The position numbers and the translations under genes are program-made. Below the pieces are notes generated by a model. That model was not told where the DNA came from, did no database searches, and saw nothing but the letters and a program-made list of their open reading frames with translations. From the IMG/VR virus record IMGVR_UViG_3300037104_000796, positions 32,001-96,000 of that record: a stretch of 64,000 nt of DNA. One strand, written 5' to 3'. This DNA comes from a virus. Below, one piece after another: positions 46,464 to 56,379 of the stretch (within the stretch, counting starts at the first letter, position 1; each line of letters begins with the position of its first letter).

Positions 46464-48185
46464 TCACTCAACGATTACGATTCGTTTCATAAATTCTGGA
46501 GGAAATGCTTTTCGATTATTGTGTATTAAATCAGCCATTGCCCCATCTAAAATGTAAGTGACTGCCCAGTCATCTTCGCTTCTTACACTTCTACCAGTTC
46601 CTTGCAAAATATTGATGATCGCTTTCCAGCGATACCATTCGGGATTTATTTTTAATTTCGTTGCTACAAATTTATCGCCTAAAGACAGATATGGAACTTT
46701 AGCAAATATTGCAAACCTACTCCAATCATCTTTTAAGTCTAAACCTTCCAATAATGACGGACCCATAAGTACTTTATTTTTATTTACTTTTAGCATTTCA
46801 AGCACTTGTCGTTTTTCTTCTGTCCCATTATAAACTAAAATTCTTCTTTTATTTTTATGTGAAAGTCCATTATGAATTTTTAATGCAAGATCATATGATG
46901 CTGTATGAATGATTCCACTTTCGCCTACATGATTTTCAAGTATCTTATCAATAGTTTCATAAAGCCATGGAAGATTACCCTCTATTTGATTATAAGTCAT
47001 TCTTCTTTTGTTGTAAAAATAAATTGGAGACTTTGTAAAATCAAAATGCGAATCCATTTTAATGTACTTAGCAGTTTTTAAAGAAATACTTCTAAGATAA
47101 TTTGAAGGGTCTGCAAATGTAGCCGACATTAACACTGTGAATCCTGTCCATTGATGAAAATATTTATGCATCATATATGATTCTTCCAAACAATTAAATG
47201 TCAATTCATCTTTGCCTGTAGGATTTTTTACAATATTTCGAGTTGAAGTTTTTTCAATAATGTCATTATAGTCATCAACTTTGCAATGTAAATCTTTAAC
47301 CCAATCACATAAACGTAAAGCTTCCTTCCATTCTTTTGGAGGATCATCATGCGGATAATCAGTTTTAACTTTTTCTTTGAATTTCTCCCAAGTAACTCTA
47401 TAATTGTGCTGGAGATTGTTTTTGATCTCTATTAGGATTTCATGTAAGTTATCTTGATTATCTGTCTTATATAAACTACCAATATCTTCTTTAATATCGC
47501 TTAAGTCTTTATAATGATCATGCAATTTATAAAGTTTAAAAAAATCTGTAAGTTTTTGCAACTTTTCAATTGTCTTGGGATCAAATCGAGGTGAATAATG
47601 ATTTTGAACTATATCGAGAATTTTGTGGCCTTCATCACATATCGTAAAATCACGAGGTGGAAATGGAGTATCATCCATGCTTTGATTAACATAATTCATC
47701 ATTATCAACCAATATGCATAATTCAATAAAGCAGTTTCAGATCCTGAAGCTTTATCTCTTGCTGAAAAATAAGGACAATGATGATAACATGGCATTCGTT
47801 TTGCGGGTTTATTTCTTATACGACAAGTTCCTAAAGAATTCTTTTCCATATTGTCTAAGCAAATATAGTTGTCAATTCCCTTAATGGAACCCCATCTAAA
47901 ATTTCCTTTTGCAAAATCTTTTTCGTATTGTTCTTGGAGTGATAAATCTGATGCGAGAATAAATCCTTTCAATTCTTGTTGATTAAGAATCCATGCAACA
48001 GCCATGCCTATAATAGATTTTCCTGAACCTACCGGAGCATCTAATATAACTGTTTTAGTTTTATTATAATATGCCTTAATAATTTCGATTATTGCTTCTT
48101 TTTGTCCTTTACGCCAAACGAACTCATCGCCAAAAAATGTAGTGCGGAATTCTTCTATTTGTAACTCTAACTGTTCTATAGTCAT
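46464..48185 (-). CDS. DinG/Rad3 (XPD)-family helicase
   Basis: Q motif RKGQ, Walker A APVGSGKS, Cys cluster, DEGH, MSAT, EGLD, QGTGRSVRSEDD. Confidence 0.9.
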   Translation of the reverse strand: MTIEQLELQIEEFRTTFFGDEFVWRKGQKEAIIEIIKAYYNKTKTVILDAPVGSGKSIIGMAVAWILNQQELKGFILASDLSLQEQYEKDFAKGNFRWGSIKGIDNYICLDNMEKNSLGTCRIRNKPAKRMPCYHHCPYFSARDKASGSETALLNYAYWLIMMNYVNQSMDDTPFPPRDFTICDEGHKILDIVQNHYSPRFDPKTIEKLQKLTDFFKLYKLHDHYKDLSDIKEDIGSLYKTDNQDNLHEILIEIKNNLQHNYRVTWEKFKEKVKTDYPHDDPPKEWKEALRLCDWVKDLHCKVDDYNDIIEKTSTRNIVKNPTGKDELTFNCLEESYMMHKYFHQWTGFTVLMSATFADPSNYLRSISLKTAKYIKMDSHFDFTKSPIYFYNKRRMTYNQIEGNLPWLYETIDKILENHVGESGIIHTASYDLALKIHNGLSHKNKRRILVYNGTEEKRQVLEMLKVNKNKVLMGPSLLEGLDLKDDWSRFAIFAKVPYLSLGDKFVATKLKINPEWYRWKAIINILQGTGRSVRSEDDWAVTYILDGAMADLIHNNRKAFPPEFMKRIVIVE

Positions 48186-48206
48186 CTTTATAGGTTATGT
48201 ATAAAG

Positions 48207-48245
48207 ATTGTATGATAAAAAAAGGCTTAAGTTTTACTTAAGCCT
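48207..48245 (-). promoter_or_regulatory. Fused terminator/promoter (AAAACT-N17-TACAAT) upstream of the DinG helicase
   Basis: Hairpin AGGCTTAAG...CTTAAGCCT plus T7; -35 at 48230-48235, -10 at 48207-48212. Confidence 0.7.
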
Positions 48246-48485
48246 GTATTTTTTATGATGTGTTACTTTTTTATTTAGCCAATCTCGTAATTTAACATTT
48301 AATTTGTACAAATCCTCTTCATTGTGGATACGTGGATAAACAGTTTGTGTAATATGCGCTACTACGTTATCAAAATAATGATCAACAACTACACCCGATC
48401 TACTTGGACGACCAATACCCATATCTTTAATGGGATCAGATTCTTCTCTAAAATCTTCGTCAATATGTTCTTTTACAATATTCAT
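48234..48485 (-). CDS. Tagged-family small protein
   Basis: MNIVKEHIDE-DFREESDPIKDMGIG. Confidence 0.8.
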   Translation of the reverse strand: MNIVKEHIDEDFREESDPIKDMGIGRPSRSGVVVDHYFDNVVAHITQTVYPRIHNEEDLYKLNVKLRDWLNKKVTHHKKYRLK

Positions 48486-48955
48486 TCAAATTCTTCATTT
48501 ACAGTTTTTGCACGATCTCGTTTAACTCTTTCTGATTCAACCACCATATCGCGTAAAAAGATTTTTTTCATGCCACCATCTCGTAGTTTGAATAAAAATG
48601 CGTTACTTCCTATTTTAGCCATAGGAATTCCGTTAATAACTTTTGAAAGATCACCTTTTAGTCTAAAACGAACATTGGCGCGATTTGGTTCAAGCATTTT
48701 AACTTCATTGCTTAAAGCTTTGAATAACTTATCATCAAAAACATCTTCTTCAATTTCAATTGTATCGACATTAGCCATATCTGATACATCAACATCTAAT
48801 TCATCCGGATCTATTTCTTCTTCATCTTCAGGAGCATCCCATACGTCTGGCGCATCAATACCGCGTTCTTTCTTAAGTGGTCTTTTAACTTTTTTTGGTC
48901 TACCACGTTTTGCAAATTCATATAAAGTTTCTTCTATCATAGCTATCTTTTTCAT
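48482..48955 (-). CDS. Hypothetical protein with leader-like N-terminus (MIEETLYE) and AT-hook-like KRGRPKK
   Basis: Translation; ends RAKTVNEEFE, resembling the leader family. Confidence 0.7.
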   Translation of the reverse strand: MKKIAMIEETLYEFAKRGRPKKVKRPLKKERGIDAPDVWDAPEDEEEIDPDELDVDVSDMANVDTIEIEEDVFDDKLFKALSNEVKMLEPNRANVRFRLKGDLSKVINGIPMAKIGSNAFLFKLRDGGMKKIFLRDMVVESERVKRDRAKTVNEEFE

Positions 48956-48968
48956 ATTTATCTTTTAT

Positions 48969-50072
48969 TTATTTAAAATTCTTTAATTTAGTCATTGTGG
49001 CTGCATACGTATTTGAACCAGCATTCATTGAATTTGCTAAATAAACTGTGCTTCCATCTACTAACATACATTGTCCCTGACCATCATGATCCCAAGCCCA
49101 TACATATAATCCATATACACTATTATATTGAAGAGGATTTATTAAAACCGGTCCCTTTGTATCTAAAGACCATATTTCTGTATTTAGATCAAAATCAAGT
49201 AATAAATGTTCTCTGTTAACTCCTCCAAGACCATGAGAATAAACTCCTGTTACTCCTTGACCTCCCATTAATCCAAATACCTTTCCATTAACTTGATGTA
49301 TTGTTGGGCTATCTATTGGACCTCCCGTATTTCCCCAGTTAACACCGGCCGGAGTTGTAGAAGGTATGTTCACCTGATAATCTGTATAAGGACCTTCAAG
49401 ATTAGTTGATTTAGCCACTCTAACATTCCTATTAGGAACACCTGTAGATATATCCATCCACATCAAATGATAATAACTTCCTATTTTTACAACTGAACCC
49501 GAATATGCATTTGTTTTTAATGTAGCTCCTATTGTTAAACTAGAAGCATTTTGATCAAAATATATCATTTTTATTTCGGCAACAGAAGTAGAAGCATTAG
49601 TCATTGAGATATTAACATAATAACTACTATCAATTTGCCCTATATCACCGACAGCAATAACACTTGTGGCATTAAATAAATTTCTTGACCACCAAACACC
49701 TCCGCTATTTTGGACGGTCCATGTTGACATGTCTGTAGATGTTGCTAATCCTATCTGGTTATTACTAAATGGTGTAGACGATAATCCATAAAATAACCAT
49801 TTGAATGTAGATCCTACTTTGAATATTGGTCCTCCACCTGTATACATATCTCCCCATCCAGTTAAATTAGTAGGGTCAATGGTACCTTTTGTTGTTTGAT
49901 CACCGCAAAATTCGTAATTAGTAAATGGATTAAGTAAAGCAATATTGGTTCCTATTGCAAAATATGTTGAATTATCTTGAAGAGTAATTGTTGAATTTGA
50001 ATAATTAATAGATGAACAACGAGAAACTTTTTCCGATGCCTGATAAGTTCCTGATGTTATCATAGCAACCAA
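48969..50072 (-). CDS. Five-bladed beta-propeller (GH43/GH32-like) domain protein, probably virion-associated
   Basis: Repeats IGLATSTDMSTW, VAKSTNLEGPY, IDSPTI, W...GPVL; start may be the ATG at 50063. Confidence 0.55.
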   Translation of the reverse strand: MVAMITSGTYQASEKVSRCSSINYSNSTITLQDNSTYFAIGTNIALLNPFTNYEFCGDQTTKGTIDPTNLTGWGDMYTGGGPIFKVGSTFKWLFYGLSSTPFSNNQIGLATSTDMSTWTVQNSGGVWWSRNLFNATSVIAVGDIGQIDSSYYVNISMTNASTSVAEIKMIYFDQNASSLTIGATLKTNAYSGSVVKIGSYYHLMWMDISTGVPNRNVRVAKSTNLEGPYTDYQVNIPSTTPAGVNWGNTGGPIDSPTIHQVNGKVFGLMGGQGVTGVYSHGLGGVNREHLLLDFDLNTEIWSLDTKGPVLINPLQYNSVYGLYVWAWDHDGQGQCMLVDGSTVYLANSMNAGSNTYAATMTKLKNFK

Positions 50073-50317
50073 GAAGAAGGATCATTAAATTCTGAATAAT
50101 TCGGTAAATTAGGAACTGTAAGAATCATTCCTGTAGGTCCAGAAATATTGGTTATAGTTAAATTTGATGATCCTGCATCTCCAACAATGTTATTCATTTC
50201 TAGATTTCTAATAACACTTAATTTAAAATCTAATGATAACGGAACAACGCTGGGTGCGTATGTTCCGTATTTGCTGTTGTACACAACCATTTTGCCATTA
50301 TATAATGCATATGACAT
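50060..50317 (-). CDS. Hypothetical protein, possibly an N-terminal fragment of the propeller gene
   Basis: Same S/T/N-rich composition; ATGA overlap with the next ORF. Confidence 0.5.
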   Translation of the reverse strand: MSYALYNGKMVVYNSKYGTYAPSVVPLSLDFKLSVIRNLEMNNIVGDAGSSNLTITNISGPTGMILTVPNLPNYSEFNDPSSWLL

Positions 50318-50318
50318 A

Positions 50319-50933
50319 TTAAGTGTATTTTACTTGTTTTCTTTCTCGAGAATTTTGATTATGTATTGCACCAAATTTATCTGACCAATACCCTTGTTCA
50401 GCACAATGTTTACAAACCCCGTTTTCAAATTCACCAGGGTGGGTAGGTCTTCCACAAGCTTCACATTCAAGTTCTTCGTGTGAAATATCTGGAGATGGTT
50501 TATCACTGTCTTCATATTGAAGTCTTGTATCATTGTATAAACCTGTTACAGGTTGATTTCTGGCATTATTTGTAAAAGGCAAGACATGAACGCCTTCACT
50601 AATTTTTGAAATGATATAAGATTCCGGAACTCTGAGACCATTAATCTGATAATCAATTCTTCCCATAAATCCTCTTTGACGTTTGGAAATTCTTCCTATT
50701 TGATCTTTTCCTCTTTCAACTTTTGATGTTGCAGACATTTCAGATGCTTTATGCCAAGTTTGATATTTAACTTTATCACCTTTTTTGTATTTAGGTTTAG
50801 GATGACTTTTGTCATCATCAGCAGCATCTCCAATATAATTTGGATTCTCTAACGGATACTTTTGAGAAATAGGTTTGTTACCATCATTTCTAAAAGGCAT
50901 TTGCATATTTTCATGTACTAATTTAGCTCGCAT
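50319..50933 (-). CDS. Leader-bearing two-module protein (KOW/SH3-like plus Zn ribbon)
   Basis: MRAKLVHE leader; two PF.N...N.P units after VHE and ISE; KYKKGDKVKY; CEACG...CKHC. Confidence 0.7.
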   Translation of the reverse strand: MRAKLVHENMQMPFRNDGNKPISQKYPLENPNYIGDAADDDKSHPKPKYKKGDKVKYQTWHKASEMSATSKVERGKDQIGRISKRQRGFMGRIDYQINGLRVPESYIISKISEGVHVLPFTNNARNQPVTGLYNDTRLQYEDSDKPSPDISHEELECEACGRPTHPGEFENGVCKHCAEQGYWSDKFGAIHNQNSRERKQVKYT

Positions 50934-51282
50934 CTTTTATAGTTAATTTTTCATCTCCAAGAATATTGTAATAATTTCCGTCTTCATTTACTACACTTAC
51001 TGAACTTTCAAATCCATTTCTTTCTTTTGTATTTACTATTTTTTTAACTTTGATAGTCATATTATCCCAACTACCTCTTCGTCCTTTCCATGGACTTAAT
51101 CTTCCAGTAATTGTTTTTCCAACTAAAGAATCATTTAAAAGTTTTATCCATTCGTTTGCTGCTCTATCTTGGATTTCTGCATGCACATCATTAAGTTTTA
51201 CACCACCAATTCCCATATCTCTTATAGGATCAGAATCTTCTGTAAACTTTGATAATTGTTCATTAATGGTTTTAGCTCGCAT
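50923..51282 (-). CDS. Tagged-family protein
   Basis: MRAKTINEQLS-KFTEDSDPIRDMGIG; late motif at 51297-51306. Confidence 0.8.
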   Translation of the reverse strand: MRAKTINEQLSKFTEDSDPIRDMGIGGVKLNDVHAEIQDRAANEWIKLLNDSLVGKTITGRLSPWKGRRGSWDNMTIKVKKIVNTKERNGFESSVSVVNEDGNYYNILGDEKLTIKDAS

Positions 51283-51326
51283 TGAACAGTCTTTGTTTTA
51301 TATATCCCAAGCAAAAAGGAGAATGT

Positions 51327-53024
51327 TTATCCTCCTTCTAATTTTTCGACCGTTAAATCACTAAATCCTGCGTTCTTATTGATTTCTATTTTAAAATCAA
51401 AGAATTCAATGGGTAAAGGACTAAAGTTAATAACGAATATATTCATATTCATCTCTTTGGTTATTTTTTGAAGTAATCCAATGATGTCATAAATTCCATC
51501 ACCATCAATAGAAGAAAGTACTTCATCCAACATAAATATGTTAAGTCCAGGGTACTTACGTTTTAACATTCTTATGATAGAGATAAGAACTGCTAAGTCC
51601 ACTCTTTTCTTTTCGCCTGTGCTTAAAGTATCTACACTGATGTTTATTCCTAAGTGATACATATCAGGTTCGAACTCTGAATTGAATGTTAAACTGTAAG
51701 GAAAGTGAAGTTCATGTAACGTGAATTCAATCTCTTTATTGAGCGTAGGTAAATAACTTTCAAGAATTTTCTTCTTTACTCCCGCATCTGAATATAATTG
51801 TTCAAGAATCGCAAGGTATTTGAATTCATCATCAAATTTAACTTTCTCATCATTTCTCGATGTTAATGTAGTTGTGTTTTCTGATATGATATTTTGTATA
51901 CTTAAAAATTCTTGTGGTTTGTCAATCTTCAATCTGTTTAACTCTGATTCAATTGTACGATAAGTTGTTTGAACATTTATGATAAAATTATTAATAGTGT
52001 TTAATCCTGTGTTTAATTTTTGAAGCGCTGTTGAGTATTTCGCTTCGTCTCCTTTTAACATTTCCAGTTGATCATTTTGATTTTTTATGTCTTCTTGTAA
52101 TTGACCCTTGATTAAATCAAATCTTGTATCATTAAAAGGAGTAGCGCATGTCGGACATTGATCGTGATTAAATAAATCGATTTGATCATTTAAATGTTGA
52201 ATCGTATGAAGAATTTTCATTTTTTGTTTCACAAATAAATTCTGTGATTTAAGTATTTCCTCTTTTTTATTATCCCATTCAACTTTCTTATCATACCCTT
52301 CTTGGAGTTTTGGTTTGTATTCTTCCAACTTCTTAGTTAAATCGAGTATCTTAATTGTATTATCTTCATTAACTTTTTCTTGTAATTTTTGAAGTTCGTT
52401 AACAGCAACATCAATGTTGTTTTTAAGAGATATAATTTCACGATCAAATAAGTCCATATTCATTTTAACATCACGTAAATCTCGTCTTACGAGTTCGTTC
52501 ATTTTGTTAATGATTTCCATAGCGAACAATTTATCGATGATGATTCTCTTATCATGTGGTGTCATCGATATAAATGATTTAAAATCATTAATACTTAATG
52601 ATATGATGTTCGAGAAGATATGATAGGGTAGTCCAGTGACTTCGAGGTCGATATATGTTTGGTAATCTGTGATTCCCGCTTTTCCGATGTCATTATCGCT
52701 TGTACATTCTTCATCTTCGCCGTGCTTGTTAACGATTAAAGATGAAGGCGAAAAATTACGTTCTATAGTTACAAACGTATCGGGGGCAGTCTGATCTACT
52801 AATTTGAGATAACCGTGTTTATTGAGACGATTTGATATCTCATCTTTTTTGAATTTATCAAGTCTTCCATAATATCCTATTTTTGGTAAATTAACAAACC
52901 AACTTTTTCCTGCGCCATTACGCCCCAATACCATCCATAATCCCCCTTCTGGTGGAAGATCTAAATGTTGTAATTTATTTCCAAAAGGCCCAATATTTCT
53001 CCATTCTATAGATAAAGTTTGCAT
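51327..53024 (-). CDS. Recombination endonuclease ATPase subunit (T4 gp46 / SbcC-Rad50)
   Basis: GRNGAGKS Walker A, coiled coil with CPTC hook, LSTGE signature, MLDE Walker B. Confidence 0.93.
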   Translation of the reverse strand: MQTLSIEWRNIGPFGNKLQHLDLPPEGGLWMVLGRNGAGKSWFVNLPKIGYYGRLDKFKKDEISNRLNKHGYLKLVDQTAPDTFVTIERNFSPSSLIVNKHGEDEECTSDNDIGKAGITDYQTYIDLEVTGLPYHIFSNIISLSINDFKSFISMTPHDKRIIIDKLFAMEIINKMNELVRRDLRDVKMNMDLFDREIISLKNNIDVAVNELQKLQEKVNEDNTIKILDLTKKLEEYKPKLQEGYDKKVEWDNKKEEILKSQNLFVKQKMKILHTIQHLNDQIDLFNHDQCPTCATPFNDTRFDLIKGQLQEDIKNQNDQLEMLKGDEAKYSTALQKLNTGLNTINNFIINVQTTYRTIESELNRLKIDKPQEFLSIQNIISENTTTLTSRNDEKVKFDDEFKYLAILEQLYSDAGVKKKILESYLPTLNKEIEFTLHELHFPYSLTFNSEFEPDMYHLGINISVDTLSTGEKKRVDLAVLISIIRMLKRKYPGLNIFMLDEVLSSIDGDGIYDIIGLLQKITKEMNMNIFVINFSPLPIEFFDFKIEINKNAGFSDLTVEKLEGG

Positions 53025-53039
53025 AATTATAATTTTATT

Positions 53040-53080
53040 ATTATAATCATTAAAACTATTAAAGTTTTGTTAAATATAAA
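53040..53080. promoter_or_regulatory. Divergent overlapping AAAACT-N17-TATAAW promoters
   Basis: Minus: -35 53063-53068, -10 53040-53045 (gp46). Plus: -35 53052-53057, -10 53075-53080 (GIY-YIG). Confidence 0.65.
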
Positions 53081-53096
53081 ATTAAAGATATAATAA

Positions 53097-53708
53097 ATGA
53101 TTAATTTTGTATACATTACAACTAATTTAATTAATGGTAAACAATATATTGGTGACCATTCTACTAATAATTTAGAAGATGGATATTTTGGTAGTGGAGA
53201 TTTAATACTTTTAGCAATTAAAAAATACGGAAAAGATAATTTTAAAAAAGAAATCTTGGAAGAATTTAATGCAAAACAAGATGCATTTAATGCTCAAGAA
53301 AAATACATTAATCAATTTAACACATTGGTTCCAAATGGATATAATTTAAGTCCTAAAGGAGGCGCTAATTGTTCTGGAGGCTTAAGTAAAGAAAGTATAG
53401 AAAAATTAAAGAAAACTTTAAGTAATAGTTTAAAAGGAAAACCCCACTCAGATAAATGGAATGAAAATGTAAGTAAATCAAAAAAAGGAAAATCCTTTTC
53501 AAAAGATCATAAACAACACTTAAGCGATTCTCATAAAGGAAAAATTCCATGGATAAAAGATAAGCATCATTCTCAAGAAACAAAAGATAAAATTTCTCAA
53601 AAGGGTATAGGAAGAAAACACTCAGAAGAAACAATTGAAAAATTTAAGAAACGAATTCCTTGGAATAAAGGATTAAAATTAAACAAAGAAAAAAGCCACT
53701 ATTGCTAA
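53097..53708 (+). CDS. GIY-YIG homing endonuclease with NUMOD3 repeats
   Basis: FVYITTNLINGKQYIG, YFGSG, GYNLSPKGG; KHSEETIEK, IPWNKG. Confidence 0.88.
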   Translation: MINFVYITTNLINGKQYIGDHSTNNLEDGYFGSGDLILLAIKKYGKDNFKKEILEEFNAKQDAFNAQEKYINQFNTLVPNGYNLSPKGGANCSGGLSKESIEKLKKTLSNSLKGKPHSDKWNENVSKSKKGKSFSKDHKQHLSDSHKGKIPWIKDKHHSQETKDKISQKGIGRKHSEETIEKFKKRIPWNKGLKLNKEKSHYC

Positions 53709-53746
53709 TGGCTTTAATTGTTCGAAATTAATTTCTTCCATAATAT

Positions 53747-54025
53747 TTAACTATTTAAAACTTTATTAATCCACGCTTCAGCAATTTGATCACCAAATTG
53801 TAGGTTGCACATATCTTTTATATTATCATAAGGGATAAAAGATCTTTTGTTTTCTATTTCTACTAAAACTCCTAAATAATCTAAGTTGTCACCTAACATT
53901 ACTTGCATAGGAACTTTATCCGAAACTTCTCTATCAACAATAGTTACTTTTGTTCCTCCATTTACATTACGCATTTTGTATAAAGCAATCTGGAGAACAT
54001 TATCGTCAATTTCAAAGGATAACAT
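53747..54025 (-). CDS. Hypothetical protein
   Basis: Coupled small ORF in the gp47-gp46 interval. Confidence 0.65.
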   Translation of the reverse strand: MLSFEIDDNVLQIALYKMRNVNGGTKVTIVDREVSDKVPMQVMLGDNLDYLGVLVEIENKRSFIPYDNIKDMCNLQFGDQIAEAWINKVLNS

Positions 54026-54339
54026 TATTGCTTCTTTTTATATTTTTCCATGTCCTTAAACATTGTTCCGCCTTTTTTACATACGAAATATTCATCAACT
54101 ATCCACGAAGAATACCCTGGACCGTTTATTCCATTATCTTTTCGTTTTTCAATGTGATCCTTTGATGTTGATTTACATGAAGGGCATTTAATTTTTGCAA
54201 TTCGATCTTTTTCAGTTTTTCGTTCTGCCTCAACTTCAGCTTTACGTTTCGCCACTGCCTTTTCGTAACCTCCTGTCTGTAAAAAATCTTCTATAGCTTT
54301 AAGATCTACCGCCAATTTTTTAGGATCTGCTTTTTTCAT
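54025..54339 (-). CDS. Hypothetical Zn-ribbon protein
   Basis: CPSC...YFVCKKG (fourth Cys absent). Confidence 0.65.
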   Translation of the reverse strand: MKKADPKKLAVDLKAIEDFLQTGGYEKAVAKRKAEVEAERKTEKDRIAKIKCPSCKSTSKDHIEKRKDNGINGPGYSSWIVDEYFVCKKGGTMFKDMEKYKKKQ

Positions 54340-54340
54340 C

Positions 54341-54808
54341 TTAGTATTTTAATATTGAAAATAACTCTTCAGACATTGCGTCTAAAGATTGTAAAACAAT
54401 TTGATCGGGTTTTGCCAATTGAGTTTGAATGATTACATCCTGTTTTATTTCATATGCTGGATCAACACCCACAATCATAGGACGTTGGTTCGAATTTCCC
54501 CACATTCCAAGTTCGTAAAGAACGATAGGATTGAGTGAACCTTGAGCGAACCAAAATAAAACAATATCGGCATCTCTTAAATGATTGAATTCCCAAGTTA
54601 TTTGAGCTTCAGACGCATTTGGATTTTCAATGGGAAAATTCTTTCTACGTGGATTGTAGATTGTAAGATTAGGAATTTCTTTTATATCCTCTATTAACAC
54701 TGATTGCCAATCCGGACAATTTGTAATTCCTCCTCCCAAAAACAATTTAACGTTTTTGTTATTTTCTAATGAATAGATTTCATTAATTGCTTCAATTATT
54801 AGCGCCAT
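54341..54808 (-). CDS. Nucleoside 2-deoxyribosyltransferase-like protein
   Basis: LFLGGGI..CPDWQ, YNPRR, QITWE..L..AD..LFWF, PIVLYELG. Confidence 0.8.
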   Translation of the reverse strand: MALIIEAINEIYSLENNKNVKLFLGGGITNCPDWQSVLIEDIKEIPNLTIYNPRRKNFPIENPNASEAQITWEFNHLRDADIVLFWFAQGSLNPIVLYELGMWGNSNQRPMIVGVDPAYEIKQDVIIQTQLAKPDQIVLQSLDAMSEELFSILKY

Positions 54809-55247
54809 TATTTTTAGTTTTTGATGAAGATAACTTTGGGAATATCTTCTTTTCCTTTTTTTGTTTTAATTTTTTATTACATTTGATTACAGTTCGAGCT
54901 TTTGCCATCAATGTTTCAATAGGTTGTTTTTCATATCCGAATCTTGCATCACCTTCCATTAAAATGTATAAGTCTTCTCCTATTTGATCTGCAATATTCT
55001 TTAGATCATCAAATGCTAGTGTAACATTTAAATCACCATACCAAATTTTGCCTACTGAAGGTGCAATTACATTGGCGTTAAATATGATTAAATCACCTTC
55101 ATGTTCTTTACAATATGTGCTTTTTGAAGCCCCTATCATTCTGCCAAGAGTGAGTCCATTAGTCGCAAATACTACATAATAATGCGGATCGGTTTCGAAT
55201 TCGGATTCTGCTTCTTCGTATGGTGGTATGTATTCTTTTCCGGCCAT
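54792..55247 (-). CDS. Hypothetical protein
   Basis: GRMIGASKS.Y...IFNAN...WYGDL; coupled to gp47. Confidence 0.7.
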   Translation of the reverse strand: MAGKEYIPPYEEAESEFETDPHYYVVFATNGLTLGRMIGASKSTYCKEHEGDLIIFNANVIAPSVGKIWYGDLNVTLAFDDLKNIADQIGEDLYILMEGDARFGYEKQPIETLMAKARTVIKCNKKLKQKKEKKIFPKLSSSKTKNNGANN

Positions 55248-56359
55248 TAGTCTATGTCCTCCTTAGATGCTTTTTCATAATATCTTCTGTTCATTAATTT
55301 CAATTTCACTATAATTTCTATTTGATGCCCGAGATCATCTATACTCATTTCTAAAAGTGTTAAAATATCTCGAATATCAACTCCATCTAAGATGTTCGTT
55401 AAATCATCATCTATTTTCTTTCTTTCATTTGCAGTTTCAATCTTTTTGTATTTGCAGTCCTTTAGTATATCTATAAATTTTGTAAGATTAAATAAGTGCA
55501 CATATTTATCAGGAACAATAATATCAGTATAATTGTTCTCTAATAATTTTATGGTTTCTCTTAAAGAAAGTTCTAAGATTGCGTCTAAAGTTACTCTTTG
55601 AAAAGCAGGTGAGAAATTGTTAATTTTAAAATCATATGAATCAATAGATGGGTCAAATATGTATACACCCTTTTCATTTCCAATATCACTTCTTTTTGTA
55701 TGATATGGAGAACCTATGTAGATAAAATTTCCTATTTCCTGTCTTTTATGAATGTGTCCTGAGAATAACTTTTTGATACTTCTGAATTTTAAAAAGTTTG
55801 TTCCTGAAGTTCTAATTTCACGCCCGTTATCATATTTAAATCCATTAATATCTGAGTGCGTAAATACATAATCAAACTTATTAGTACGAACATAATTTTC
55901 TTCTGTTTCTCTATTTCCAATCCAAGGAAGAATAAGTATTTTTGAATCACCATTTGTAAGAATCAAAGGCTTTTCATATACAAACACATTAGGAATGTAT
56001 TTAAATGCTACAATTGAGTTAACATCAGTATCATACTTTTTATATATGTCGTGATTTCCTGTTAGAAAATGCACAGGAAGAATTTCTGAAAGTTCAAGAA
56101 CAATGTCTATCGAGCTATTCATAACATAAATATCTAGCAATTGTCTATTGTCAAACCAGTCTCCAAGAATAAAAAGTATATCTCCGTTTCTAACGTGTTT
56201 TTTAAGATATGGAATGTAAAACTTTCTAAAAAATTGTACTTGATTTTGAAGCCATTCAAGAGCATTTGCTCTTACTCCAAAGTGTAAATCTGATAATAAA
56301 AATATGCGTTTATATTGTATGTCTTGAGTTTCAACTTTGTATTGTTTTAAGTCGGGCAT
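55247..56359 (-). CDS. Recombination endonuclease nuclease subunit (T4 gp47 / SbcD-Mre11)
   Basis: SDLHFG, GDWFDNR, GNHD, SGHIH, YIGSPY metallophosphoesterase motifs. Confidence 0.93.
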   Translation of the reverse strand: MPDLKQYKVETQDIQYKRIFLLSDLHFGVRANALEWLQNQVQFFRKFYIPYLKKHVRNGDILFILGDWFDNRQLLDIYVMNSSIDIVLELSEILPVHFLTGNHDIYKKYDTDVNSIVAFKYIPNVFVYEKPLILTNGDSKILILPWIGNRETEENYVRTNKFDYVFTHSDINGFKYDNGREIRTSGTNFLKFRSIKKLFSGHIHKRQEIGNFIYIGSPYHTKRSDIGNEKGVYIFDPSIDSYDFKINNFSPAFQRVTLDAILELSLRETIKLLENNYTDIIVPDKYVHLFNLTKFIDILKDCKYKKIETANERKKIDDDLTNILDGVDIRDILTLLEMSIDDLGHQIEIIVKLKLMNRRYYEKASKEDID

Positions 56360-56379
56360 ATTAGTTTTGTTATTTTATG

